From IMG/VR virus record IMGVR_UViG_2617270941_000006: DNA of 15,145 nucleotides; one strand, written 5' to 3'. This document shows, one piece after another, positions 1 to 7,076 of the stretch. Made by a program: the position numbers and the translations under genes. Source of the DNA: a virus. Taxonomy: Duplodnaviria; Heunggongvirae; Uroviricota; Caudoviricetes. Below the pieces are notes generated by a model. That model saw only the letters and a program-made list of their open reading frames with translations, had not been told where the DNA came from and made no database searches. Positions within the stretch are counted from its first letter, which is position 1. Each line of letters opens with the position of its first letter.

Positions 1-1362
1 ATGTTTAAACCGGAACTCCTTTCCCCGGCGGGAACGCTGAAAAATATGCGTTACGCTTTCGCTTATGGCGCAGATGCTGTTTATGCGGGCCAGCCGCGTT
101 ATTCCCTGCGTGTGCGCAACAACGAATTCAACCACGAAAATCTTCAGCTCGGCATCAATGAAGCCCACGCGCTGGGGAAAAAGTTTTATGTCGTGGTCAA
201 CATTGCACCGCACAACGCCAAGCTGAAAACCTTTATCCGTGACCTGAAACCGGTGGTGGAAATGGGGCCGGATGCGCTGATTATGTCCGATCCAGGGCTG
301 ATTATGCTGGTGCGTGAGCACTTCCCTGAAATGCCGATCCACCTTTCGGTGCAGGCTAACGCCGTGAACTGGGCGACGGTGAAATTCTGGCAGCAAATGG
401 GCCTGACCCGCGTGATCCTCTCTCGCGAGCTGTCGCTGGAAGAGATTGAAGAGATCCGCAATCAGGTGCCGGATATGGAGATCGAGATCTTCGTTCACGG
501 CGCGCTGTGCATGGCCTACTCCGGTCGCTGCCTGCTCTCTGGCTATATCAACAAGCGCGACCCGAACCAGGGCACCTGCACCAACGCCTGCCGCTGGGAG
601 TACAACGTCCAGGAAGGGAAAGAAGATGATGTTGGCAACATCGTACACAAGTACGAGCCGATTCCGGTGCAAAATGTTGAGCCGACGCTGGGTATCGGCG
701 CACCAACCGACAAAGTGTTTATGATCGAAGAGGCCCAGCGTCCGGGCGAGTATATGACCGCGTTTGAAGATGAGCACGGCACTTACATCATGAACTCGAA
801 AGATCTGCGCGCCATCGCCCATGTAGAACGCCTGACCAAAATGGGCGTGCATTCGCTGAAAATCGAAGGTCGTACCAAATCTTTCTACTATTGTGCACGC
901 ACCGCACAGGTTTACCGCAAAGCTATCGATGACGCCGCTGCGGGAAAACCGTTCGATACCAGCCTGCTGGAAACTCTGGAAGGTCTGGCGCATCGTGGCT
1001 ATACCGAAGGTTTCCTGCGTCGTCATACTCACGACGATTATCAGAACTACGAATACGGTTATTCAGTTTCTGACCGCCAGCAGTTTGTTGGTGAGTTTAC
1101 CGGTGAGCGCAAGGGGGACCTCGCGGCGGTAGCGGTGAAAAATAAATTCTCCGTTGGCGACAGCCTTGAGCTGATGACGCCGCAAGGCAACATTAATTTT
1201 ACCCTTGAGCACATGGAAAACGCCAAAGGCGAAGCTATGCCGATAGCACCAGGCGATGGTTATACTGTGTGGCTCCCGGTCCCGCAGGATCTTGAGCTCA
1301 ATTACGCGCTGCTGATGCGTAATTTCTCCGGGGAAACCACGCGTAATCCCCACGGTAAGTGA
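1..1362 (+). CDS. yegQ: Peptidase U32-family protein YegQ (also called TrhP, tRNA U34 hydroxylation), complete 453 aa
   Basis: ORF track 1..1362, ATG at window position 1 and TGA at 1360-1362. The protein begins MFKPELLSPAGTLKNMRYAFAYGADAVYAGQPRYSLRVRNNEF, which I recognise as E. coli YegQ at its known 453-aa length. The cyaR sRNA gene follows downstream, as at the native E. coli locus. Confidence 0.9.
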   Translation: MFKPELLSPAGTLKNMRYAFAYGADAVYAGQPRYSLRVRNNEFNHENLQLGINEAHALGKKFYVVVNIAPHNAKLKTFIRDLKPVVEMGPDALIMSDPGLIMLVREHFPEMPIHLSVQANAVNWATVKFWQQMGLTRVILSRELSLEEIEEIRNQVPDMEIEIFVHGALCMAYSGRCLLSGYINKRDPNQGTCTNACRWEYNVQEGKEDDVGNIVHKYEPIPVQNVEPTLGIGAPTDKVFMIEEAQRPGEYMTAFEDEHGTYIMNSKDLRAIAHVERLTKMGVHSLKIEGRTKSFYYCARTAQVYRKAIDDAAAGKPFDTSLLETLEGLAHRGYTEGFLRRHTHDDYQNYEYGYSVSDRQQFVGEFTGERKGDLAAVAVKNKFSVGDSLELMTPQGNINFTLEHMENAKGEAMPIAPGDGYTVWLPVPQDLELNYALLMRNFSGETTRNPHGK

Positions 1363-1396
1363 TTAATTTCGATTATTTTTCCCGGATGGAAAATTC

Positions 1397-1446
1397 TTAG
1401 AAACCGATCACATACAGCTGCATTTATTAAGGTTATCATCCGTTTC
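1397..1446 (+). promoter_or_regulatory. Putative cyaR promoter: imperfect CRP half-site pair (TCACA at about 1408-1412, centred near -42) and a -10-like TATCAT at about 1434-1439
   Basis: Sequence ttagaaaccgatcacat upstream of the cyaR 5' end; the TCACA half-site is good and the upstream half is degenerate. CyaR is known to be cAMP-CRP activated with a class II type site. Positions are read by eye. Confidence 0.4.
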
Positions 1447-1533
1447 GCTGAAAAACATAACCCATAAAATGCTAGCTGTACCAGGAACCACCTCCTTAGC
1501 CTGTGTAATCTCCCTTACACGGGCTTATTTTTT
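1447..1533 (+). ncRNA. cyaR: CyaR (RyeE) Hfq-dependent small RNA
   Basis: The stretch gctgaaaaacataacccataaaatgctagctgtaccaggaaccacctccttagcctgtgtaatctcccttacacgggcttatttttt matches my recollection of E. coli CyaR. It ends in a stem-loop (cctgtgtaa / ttacacggg) followed by a U-run, and sits between yegQ and P2-derived genes as in E. coli K-12. Confidence 0.8.
1507..1533. other. P2-type attachment-site core (prophage/host junction), coinciding with the 3' terminator of cyaR
   Basis: aatctcccttacacgggcttatttttt is the reverse complement of the 27-nt P2 att core as I recall it (AAAAAATAAGCCCGTGTAAGGGAGATT). It lies about 100 nt from the ogr stop, the distance expected between ogr and attP in P2. 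The core sequence is from memory and not verified. Confidence 0.55.
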
Positions 1534-1597
1534 ACGTACAACAAATTGAAATAAAAGGATTTATTTCTGGTCACGTCCACACATTGACCACATCGAC

Positions 1598-1631
1598 AAA
1601 AAAAGCCCCTCGACTGAGGGGCTTTCTGTTT
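1598..1631 (-). terminator. Rho-independent terminator downstream of ogr (structurally bidirectional)
   Basis: GC-rich hairpin gcccctc-gact-gaggggc flanked by a 7-A run on the plus side (7 U on the minus-strand transcript) and tttctgttt on the other side. It lies immediately 3' of the ogr stop at 1636-1638. Confidence 0.7.
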
Positions 1632-1635
1632 GTAA

Positions 1636-2043
1636 TTACATCCACATAATTTGCTGCCCTGACGGCAACGGGTGCGGCCTTACGGCGTGGACTTCTCCCG
1701 GCTTCACGATGTATCTCTGTACCGACTCATAGGTGATGAACGTGGCGCTGCAATTCACGTTCTGACACTGGTGATAACGCTCTTTTGTCGTGTCAGTGAT
1801 ATAGCGGCTTGTACGCGCATGTGCGGCATGCTGGCATACCGTGAGTGCACTGGTTTCGGGTTCATATTCAATCACCGCCCCGTCAGGGAAACGGATATGC
1901 AGGGCATCCTCCGACGCAGACGGCGCGGGGTTATCACCGGAATAAATCCCCGGCAGAACGAACGCCGTGTCGAGTTCACCGCCCACGGCCAGAATCAGCA
2001 CCTGCTCCCCCAGCCGGTCTTCAAAACGCTTAAACTCATTCAT
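1636..2043 (-). CDS. ogr: In-frame fusion ORF: N-terminal 69 aa of tail-completion protein S joined to Ogr residues 7-72 (late-gene activator lacking its first 6 residues including Cys4)
   Basis: ORF track 1636..2043 (135 aa). The C-terminal 66 aa (CQHAAHARTSRYITDTTKERYHQCQNVNCSATFITYESVQRYIVKPGEVHAVRPHPLPSGQQIMWM) match P2 Ogr from residue 7 on. The N-terminal MNEFKRFEDRL... starts 2 nt past the R stop, where gene S starts in P2. Junction at about 1836/1837. Confidence 0.7.
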   Translation of the reverse strand: MNEFKRFEDRLGEQVLILAVGGELDTAFVLPGIYSGDNPAPSASEDALHIRFPDGAVIEYEPETSALTVCQHAAHARTSRYITDTTKERYHQCQNVNCSATFITYESVQRYIVKPGEVHAVRPHPLPSGQQIMWM

Positions 2044-2503
2044 CCCACTTGCTCACCAGTTCGCCATTGATATAAAGCTCCATCGGGCGGGTGACCGGCT
2101 CCGGCGGCGGGGGTTCCGGGATATTCTTCACATGCAGCGCGCCGTCCACCTCACTGACCAGCGTGCGCTCGGTCAGCATCAGGCTGATGCTGATATCAAA
2201 GCTGCTGTCATTGTTGATGTCTGCATAAAACGTGAAGCCCTTTTTCTGGCCTGCGTCGGTGGTCATGATGTCGGGCTGATTCTCCCGCAGCCACGCCAGC
2301 ACCGGCACGATGAGCAGGTCAAAATCACCGGTAAAGTCGGTCACAATGACATTGAGCGTGTAACGCTTTTCGAATGACAGCGACGTCGCCAGTGTGGAGG
2401 CAATACTCCCGTTATCCACGAATATCCGCAGCATATCGGGGTTAGTTTTCAGTACCGTGACGGCATCAGTCAGCGCCCTGCGCAGGCTGTCGGGTTTGAG
2501 CAT
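2036..2503 (-). CDS. R: P2 gpR-like tail completion protein R (155 aa)
   Basis: ORF track 2036..2503. The protein MLKPDSLRRALTDAVTVLKTNPDMLRIFVDNGS... matches my recollection of P2 gpR, with the same length and position between lysB and S. Confidence 0.85.
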   Translation of the reverse strand: MLKPDSLRRALTDAVTVLKTNPDMLRIFVDNGSIASTLATSLSFEKRYTLNVIVTDFTGDFDLLIVPVLAWLRENQPDIMTTDAGQKKGFTFYADINNDSSFDISISLMLTERTLVSEVDGALHVKNIPEPPPPEPVTRPMELYINGELVSKWDE

Positions 2504-2756
2504 CGTTTTCGTCCTGACAGTGTTTAATCATTTTTACCTGGCTGGCACAGCGCGCCAGCGCGTTCTCAAGCTGCCGGATATCGGCACTTAAATCGCCGTT
2601 CGTCTGCGGGTCACTGCCCGGCATCGGGCAAAGGCTCACTTTCGGGCAGGCGTTGTGGACAATCACTGGCGTCGGTGCAGGCGGGGCGCTGGTGCAACCG
2701 GCGCACAGCATCAGGCAGGTCAGCGCCGTACCAGCGGCGAAAATCTTCGTTTTCAT
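2466..2756 (-). CDS. lysC: LysC-like o-spanin lipoprotein (Rz1 equivalent), embedded out of frame in lysB
   Basis: Internal Met at residue 40 of ORF 2466..2873 gives MKTKIFAAGTALTCLMLCAGCTS..., a signal peptide with lipobox (LCAGC) followed by a Pro-rich segment. It is nested in the +1 frame of the i-spanin gene, the typical Rz/Rz1 arrangement. 96 aa. Confidence 0.7.
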   Translation of the reverse strand: MKTKIFAAGTALTCLMLCAGCTSAPPAPTPVIVHNACPKVSLCPMPGSDPQTNGDLSADIRQLENALARCASQVKMIKHCQDENDAQTRQPAQGAD

Positions 2757-3036
2757 TGAGTAACCTCGTGATGGTTTTCTCGCGCTGTGCTTCACGCTTC
2801 GCGGCGTTCTCCAGTTCCTGACGCAGTGCCACCTGCGCCAGCTCGTTTTTGTCTGCCCTGGTGAGTGCAACATGAAGCTGGTTTTTCAGCATGGTGATGG
2901 TCGTCTGCTGCCCGCTGGCGACGTTGCTCGCCCTGTCCAGTGAGGTGCGCAGGCTGGCGTTTTCATGCTTCGCCAGAAACAGACCGGCCACCGCCAGTGA
3001 TAACAACACAACCAGCACAATCATCAGCTTTGACAT
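2611..3036 (-). CDS. lysB: LysB-like i-spanin (Rz equivalent), 141 aa
   Basis: ORF track 2611..3036. N-terminal transmembrane segment (MSKLMIVLVVLLSLAVAGLFLA) followed by a charged coiled-coil-like region. Length and position match P2 LysB. Confidence 0.85.
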   Translation of the reverse strand: MSKLMIVLVVLLSLAVAGLFLAKHENASLRTSLDRASNVASGQQTTITMLKNQLHVALTRADKNELAQVALRQELENAAKREAQREKTITRLLNENEDFRRWYGADLPDAVRRLHQRPACTDASDCPQRLPESEPLPDAGQ

Positions 3037-3449
3037 GGTTCCCGCACCTCAAAACGCTGACGGCAGGCCGTACGTATCAGCCGGAAGAACACCGATACCA
3101 CGAGATAAATCAGCGCGGTAAAAATCCACCCGGCAGCGACCAGCGAGATAAACGTCGCCACCATCACTACCAGAGCCACCGCCCGTCTGCGCCACGGCAC
3201 CGGCTGCAAAAACAGCGACGTGACAATCTTCACGGCCAGCGATTCCGGCGGCAGCTCCCGCCCGTAGCGTTCCAGTACATACTCTGTGGCATACACGCCG
3301 ACACCGCCGGCAACCACACAGATAACCGTCGCCAGAATCGCCCAGGCGGCGACAAAATTGACGGCCACGCTCTGCGGGTAAATCAGGGACAGTGCCAGCA
3401 TCAGCGCCAGCGACACGTTCAGCATCAGTGAAAGGGATAATTTCTTCAT
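3024..3449 (-). CDS. lysA: LysA-like membrane protein (lysis timing / holin-associated), 141 aa
   Basis: Starts at the internal ATG at residue 35 of ORF 3024..3551 (MKKLSLSLMLNVSLALMLALSLIYPQ...). The protein is highly hydrophobic with multiple transmembrane segments, and this start gives the P2 LysA length of 141 aa. The 3551 TTG start is treated as an artefactual extension. Confidence 0.75.
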   Translation of the reverse strand: MKKLSLSLMLNVSLALMLALSLIYPQSVAVNFVAAWAILATVICVVAGGVGVYATEYVLERYGRELPPESLAVKIVTSLFLQPVPWRRRAVALVVMVATFISLVAAGWIFTALIYLVVSVFFRLIRTACRQRFEVREPCQS

Positions 3450-3465
3450 GGTGTTTACTCCGTTT

Positions 3466-3561
3466 TGCGGCGAACACGGTCTCAACCACGCCCTCAGTGC
3501 GCCCGTAATACCGGACACAGATAGCGTCGAGCGTGTCGCCCTGTAGCGCAAAGGTCTTCAT
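3466..3561 (-). pseudogene. X: Truncated gpX (tail protein X) stub: first about 32 codons only, reading through out of frame into lysA
   Basis: ORF 3049..3630 contains MKTFALQGDTLDAICVRYYGRTEGVVETVFAA, matching the N-terminus of P2 gpX, starting at an ATG that overlaps the L stop (tcat at about 3558-3561). After about 32 residues the frame continues into lysA sequence in the wrong frame. The genes expected between X and lysA (Y holin, K endolysin) are absent. Confidence 0.6.
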
Positions 3562-4070
3562 CAGATTTGACTCACGATGCAGCGCGGCTTGTCCTGGATG
3601 CGCGCCACTGCCCAGCGCATATCCCGCCACAGCTCATCAATGGTGCTGTCAATGCTGTCGGCCTTCTTGTCGCCTTTCGCACTGGCATCCACGCCGCGAT
3701 AACGCTCATAAAGCGATGCGGTCGCCATCGCACACACGGCGCGCTCGTAGTAAAAAACTTTGATGCTTTCACCGTCGATGTCGTCCGCCGGGACGTCCGC
3801 CAGACGCGTAAAACCGGCAGCAATTTTCTGTTTGCGGTACTCGTACAGCTCCGCATTCGTCTCCGCCATGCCTGACTTGATGGCCTCACGCAGACGGGCG
3901 GGGGCGACGGTCTGCTCAAGGCGCATACGTTCCCGGACGCGCTTCGGGTCGATATCGGGAAAAAAGAACGTGTTTTTAATCACCGGCTCGTCGCCTGCCG
4001 GTTGCGGGATGACCACCGTACCCTCACCGGACACGGGAGCCTCCTTTCGCGGAATAATCAGCGTCATCAT
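3561..4070 (-). CDS. L: P2 gpL-like head completion/stabilisation protein (169 aa)
   Basis: Starts at Met 21 of ORF 3561..4130 (MMTLIIPRKEAPVSGEGTVVIPQPAGDEPVIKNTFFFPDIDPKRV...), which matches P2 gpL. There is a GAGG Shine-Dalgarno about 5 nt upstream and the length is 169 aa. Confidence 0.85.
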   Translation of the reverse strand: MMTLIIPRKEAPVSGEGTVVIPQPAGDEPVIKNTFFFPDIDPKRVRERMRLEQTVAPARLREAIKSGMAETNAELYEYRKQKIAAGFTRLADVPADDIDGESIKVFYYERAVCAMATASLYERYRGVDASAKGDKKADSIDSTIDELWRDMRWAVARIQDKPRCIVSQI

Positions 4071-4169
4071 GACTACCTCTGAAAAGTCGGGCGGTGGACG
4101 CCGGTACAGCGTCAGGTGATTCACCCTCACTGACCGGCGTGCCGCCCTGGCGCGGGGCGCATTCGGTTG

Positions 4170-4913
4170 TTAACTGGCTTTCTTTTTCGGGCGTCCACGT
4201 TTTGCCGGTGTCACGCTCCGGCTCTTACGCGGGGTACGGGTGGCCGCTTTGGGCTGCGGCTCCGGCTTCGGTTTCAGCTCCCGCTCCAGTCGTTCAATCT
4301 CTTTTTTGACACCTGCCTGACAGTCGAGCTGTGTCGCACGTTGCAGGTGAGCCAGCGCACCGGCGGCATCACCACCATCACGCAGAAACAGACCTGTGAT
4401 TTTGTGCAGCTTTGCGCGCACTTCATCAGGCATGTCAGCCGTGGCGGTCAGTTCAAGGGTCTCCGTCAGCAGGCGGGTATCCACAGACTCACCGGCAGCG
4501 TGAGCACGCATGGCCGCGAGCGCCACCTCCTCGGTGAACATGTACGGCGGGGTGCGGCGGTGTTTACCCGGCATGGTCAGACCGTACTTCAGGGCATAAC
4601 GGGCAATCTCCAGCGCACCGGCAATATCGCCGGTATCCAGACGCCACAGCATGACCGTCATCAGAATGTCATCCTGTGCACCTTTGCCCTGCTCCAGCAC
4701 GCCGTTCACCCACGGCAACCAGAACGGCAGCAGTTCGCGTTTTTTCGCGGCCTTCAGCTCTTTTGAATAAATCGCTTTCAGTGTGCGCTGGTCTGCGGCG
4801 AGCTTAACCAGCATCTGCTCATAGACAGTTGCATGTCGCAGCGGGGCGGCTTCCCGCTGCGCGGTCATCGCTGCCGAGACCCGCATCATGTGGCGCTGTG
4901 CGGGACTCGTCAT
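4170..4913 (-). CDS. M: P2 gpM-like terminase small (endonuclease) subunit, 247 aa
   Basis: ORF track 4170..4913. The sequence MTSPAQRHMMRVSAAMTAQREAAPLRHATVYEQMLVKLAADQRTLKAIYS... matches recalled P2 gpM, with a basic Lys/Arg/Pro-rich C-terminal tail. Length 247 aa as in P2. Confidence 0.9.
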   Translation of the reverse strand: MTSPAQRHMMRVSAAMTAQREAAPLRHATVYEQMLVKLAADQRTLKAIYSKELKAAKKRELLPFWLPWVNGVLEQGKGAQDDILMTVMLWRLDTGDIAGALEIARYALKYGLTMPGKHRRTPPYMFTEEVALAAMRAHAAGESVDTRLLTETLELTATADMPDEVRAKLHKITGLFLRDGGDAAGALAHLQRATQLDCQAGVKKEIERLERELKPKPEPQPKAATRTPRKSRSVTPAKRGRPKKKAS

Positions 4914-4916
4914 CGG

Positions 4917-5990
4917 TTACGCTCCCGGCTCTGCGGTCGCTTTAGCCAGTGTGGAGAAATCACCGACCTTAATTTTTTCCACCAGACAACCGGCGGCGTA
5001 GTCTTCCACCACGTAATCAATGTTCATTGACTCGTAGTTCTCCACGCGGTCGAGTTTCGGGTTTTCCTCAATCACGCGGCGATGGCTGTCATCCATGTAG
5101 TAGATGGACAGGTTTTCCAGCTTCGTGATGAGCATCGCATCCGCCGGGAAGTACGGGACGCGTACCGCTGGCAGGTTACCGATGCGTTTCTGGCTGATGA
5201 TGACGTCAGCGGCCAGCATTTCGCTGTTGTCCTGCTCCTTGTTAACGATGGGGAAATACTTGTCCGCCAGTAACTGACGTCCCACTATCACCACAAGGTC
5301 AGGGTCTTCCTGATACCACGGTTCGATCAGGTTGTTGGTCGCATCCATCACCAGTGCATCAAGGCTGGCATAATCACCGCCCTTACCCACACGGATGACC
5401 TCAGAGGTCGTGTGACCTTCCTCGTCAGTGACCTTGCTCATCACGCGCGCCGGTGCTTCATTGCGGTATTTCTGCAGCCAGCCGACCGCCACATCCTGCA
5501 ACATCGGATTACTGTTGCGGTCAGAGGTTTCGGCACGCTTCACGCCGTTAAAACCGGCCATGATGAAATCAAGGGACTGGCGTTTGATAATGGCGTTACG
5601 GATACGGAGCTGGAAATCCTGATAACGCGCCCACAGGTCAAGCGTTTTGTAGCGGATATAAAAATCGAAGTTAACCTGGTCGCATTCGTACTTGTTTGAC
5701 GCCAGCTTCGAGAAGTCCTTCGGCTGACGCTCGGTGCCACCGGCGGTGTCGGTGGTGCTGGCGATGGAGCCGGTGACACCGATACCAATTTTTTCCCCTT
5801 TCATTTCGCTGACCGGCACAATGTTGATGCGGGTCAGAAAGTCAGAGGACTCCTGCATGGTGTTCATCAGGGTCTGGGTGACCGACGGTTCAACGGTGAA
5901 TTTTTTCGACACATCACCGGCGTCGATGCCGTTCAGTTCGGCAACACGGGACAGGTAGGCATTAAATTTAAAGCGGGTTTCCTGGCGCAT
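4917..5990 (-). CDS. N: P2 gpN-like major capsid protein, 357 aa
   Basis: ORF track 4917..5990. MRQETRFKFNAYLSRVAELNGIDAGDVSKKFTVEPSVTQTLMNTMQESSDFLTRINIV... matches recalled P2 gpN. Length 357 aa as in P2, positioned between O and M. Confidence 0.9.
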   Translation of the reverse strand: MRQETRFKFNAYLSRVAELNGIDAGDVSKKFTVEPSVTQTLMNTMQESSDFLTRINIVPVSEMKGEKIGIGVTGSIASTTDTAGGTERQPKDFSKLASNKYECDQVNFDFYIRYKTLDLWARYQDFQLRIRNAIIKRQSLDFIMAGFNGVKRAETSDRNSNPMLQDVAVGWLQKYRNEAPARVMSKVTDEEGHTTSEVIRVGKGGDYASLDALVMDATNNLIEPWYQEDPDLVVIVGRQLLADKYFPIVNKEQDNSEMLAADVIISQKRIGNLPAVRVPYFPADAMLITKLENLSIYYMDDSHRRVIEENPKLDRVENYESMNIDYVVEDYAAGCLVEKIKVGDFSTLAKATAEPGA

Positions 5991-6048
5991 AGTTTTTCCT
6001 GAAATTAAGGGTTAATCGTGAAGGTTTTCCCGGACTGGCTGACGCCGG

Positions 6049-6903
6049 TCAGCAGTTCGTCATCAGGGCGTCACCGCCACCGCCGGTGGCCTTGCTGCGG
6101 CGCTGCTGGGTCAGACTTTCGGTGTGGTCGAGACTGTTTTTCAGGCGGGTGAATGCCTGGCTGGTTTCATCCGCCCTGTCTGTCACCTCCTGCTTAAGTG
6201 CGGAAAAGGCGGTTTCCATCTCAGCGAGGCGCTGCTCAGTGGCGCTCAGTTTTTCCTGCACATGTTCAGCAACAGCGGTCACCGCTTCATGCACGTCATT
6301 CAGACGGGCGTCATCGCTGGCCTGTTTGCGGCCAAAAATGGATTTCACCTTTTCGGTCAGGGCGGTGAACACGGTTTCAGGCAGGTCTTCAAATTCCAGC
6401 TCAACAGGCGTTGCCACTGAAATCAGGTTTTCAGGGCTTAATTTGAAGCGGTTCAGGGGGTTGTGTTTTGCCGTGCGGCAGAATTCCAGGTATTCCGTGC
6501 CGAGGCTTGCCGGGTCATCGGTGACGGCCAGACCCACCAGATAACATTTGCCGGTATTGGCAAAGTTCGGCTGAATTTCCATTGAGGTATAGACCTTCTG
6601 CGCGGCCTTGTTCATCGCGATAAGGTCATCGGTCGGGGTGATTTTCGCAAACAGCGCCCATTTGCCTTTCAGCGCCGAATCATCGTCAATCTTTTCGGCC
6701 TTCAGTTCGGCCACATCGCCATAACGCTTAAAAATACCGTCAGGCAGGATGCCGCGCAGATGTTCCAGGTTAATGCGGCAACCATAGACTCGCGGGTCAA
6801 AGGTTTCGGCCATTTCCTGAATATCCTGCGCACTGATGACACGCCCGTCACAGGTGTCACCCTCAACGCCGATACGAAAGAATTTTGAGACTTTTTTTGC
6901 CAT
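6049..6903 (-). CDS. O: P2 gpO-like capsid scaffolding protein, 284 aa
   Basis: Starts at Met 23 of ORF 6049..6969 (MAKKVSKFFRIGVEGDTCDGRVISAQDIQEMAETFDPRVYGCRINLEHLRG...), giving the P2 gpO length of 284 aa. The cat at 6901-6903 is the ATG on the minus strand. Confidence 0.9.
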   Translation of the reverse strand: MAKKVSKFFRIGVEGDTCDGRVISAQDIQEMAETFDPRVYGCRINLEHLRGILPDGIFKRYGDVAELKAEKIDDDSALKGKWALFAKITPTDDLIAMNKAAQKVYTSMEIQPNFANTGKCYLVGLAVTDDPASLGTEYLEFCRTAKHNPLNRFKLSPENLISVATPVELEFEDLPETVFTALTEKVKSIFGRKQASDDARLNDVHEAVTAVAEHVQEKLSATEQRLAEMETAFSALKQEVTDRADETSQAFTRLKNSLDHTESLTQQRRSKATGGGGDALMTNC

Positions 6904-7076
6904 TGTCAGGAGTCCTGAATAGTGATTAGAGGAGTCACATGTCGGCATCAGTTTCCCGACGATGCGCATCCTCCGCCATCAGTCCCGGATGGCTTATCAC
7001 TGACACAACAGCACCTTAGCGAATCGCGGGGCGCGACTCAGTAGCCTTGCCGTGTATTCATCACGGCGAGGTATTC
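6904..7076. promoter_or_regulatory. Divergent late-promoter region between O (leftward) and P (rightward), expected site of Ogr-dependent promoters
   Basis: A 173-nt intergenic region between divergent late operons, as in P2 where PO and PP are activated by Ogr. GAGG Shine-Dalgarno at about 7065-7068 before the P start. I could not find a perfect TGT-N12-ACA element, so exact promoter positions are not assigned. Confidence 0.4.

Noticed and set aside
446-782. ORFs 446..724 (+) and 543..782 (-) inside yegQ
   Set aside because: Alternative-frame and antisense shadows within a well-supported, full-length yegQ. Repetitive low-complexity translations with no independent gene signals.
1672-2377. 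Plus-strand ORFs 1672..2070, 1845..2033 and 1967..2377 overlapping the ogr/S/R genes
   Set aside because: Antisense to recognisable P2 genes in a GC-rich region where long spurious ORFs are expected. Arg/Pro-rich translations with no plausible starts.
3024-3630. Long N-terminal extensions of lysA (TTG at 3551) and the 193-aa ORF 3049..3630
   Set aside because: The internal ATG at 3449 gives exactly the 141-aa LysA length. The 193-aa ORF is the 32-codon X stub reading through lysA in the wrong frame, not a real protein.
3567-4766. ORFs 3567..3875, 3572..3919, 3760..4119 and 4167..4766
   Set aside because: All lie inside or antisense to L and M, which match P2 proteins at full length. Typical high-GC shadow ORFs.
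6086-6544. Plus-strand ORFs 6086..6544 and 6124..6420 inside gene O
   Set aside because: Antisense to the scaffold gene, with no start context or recognisable protein features.
6904-7076. Search for a canonical Ogr-binding element (TGT-N12-ACA) in the O/P divergent promoter region
   Set aside because: No perfect match found by eye on either strand. The consensus may be misremembered or the sites degenerate, so no specific site is annotated.
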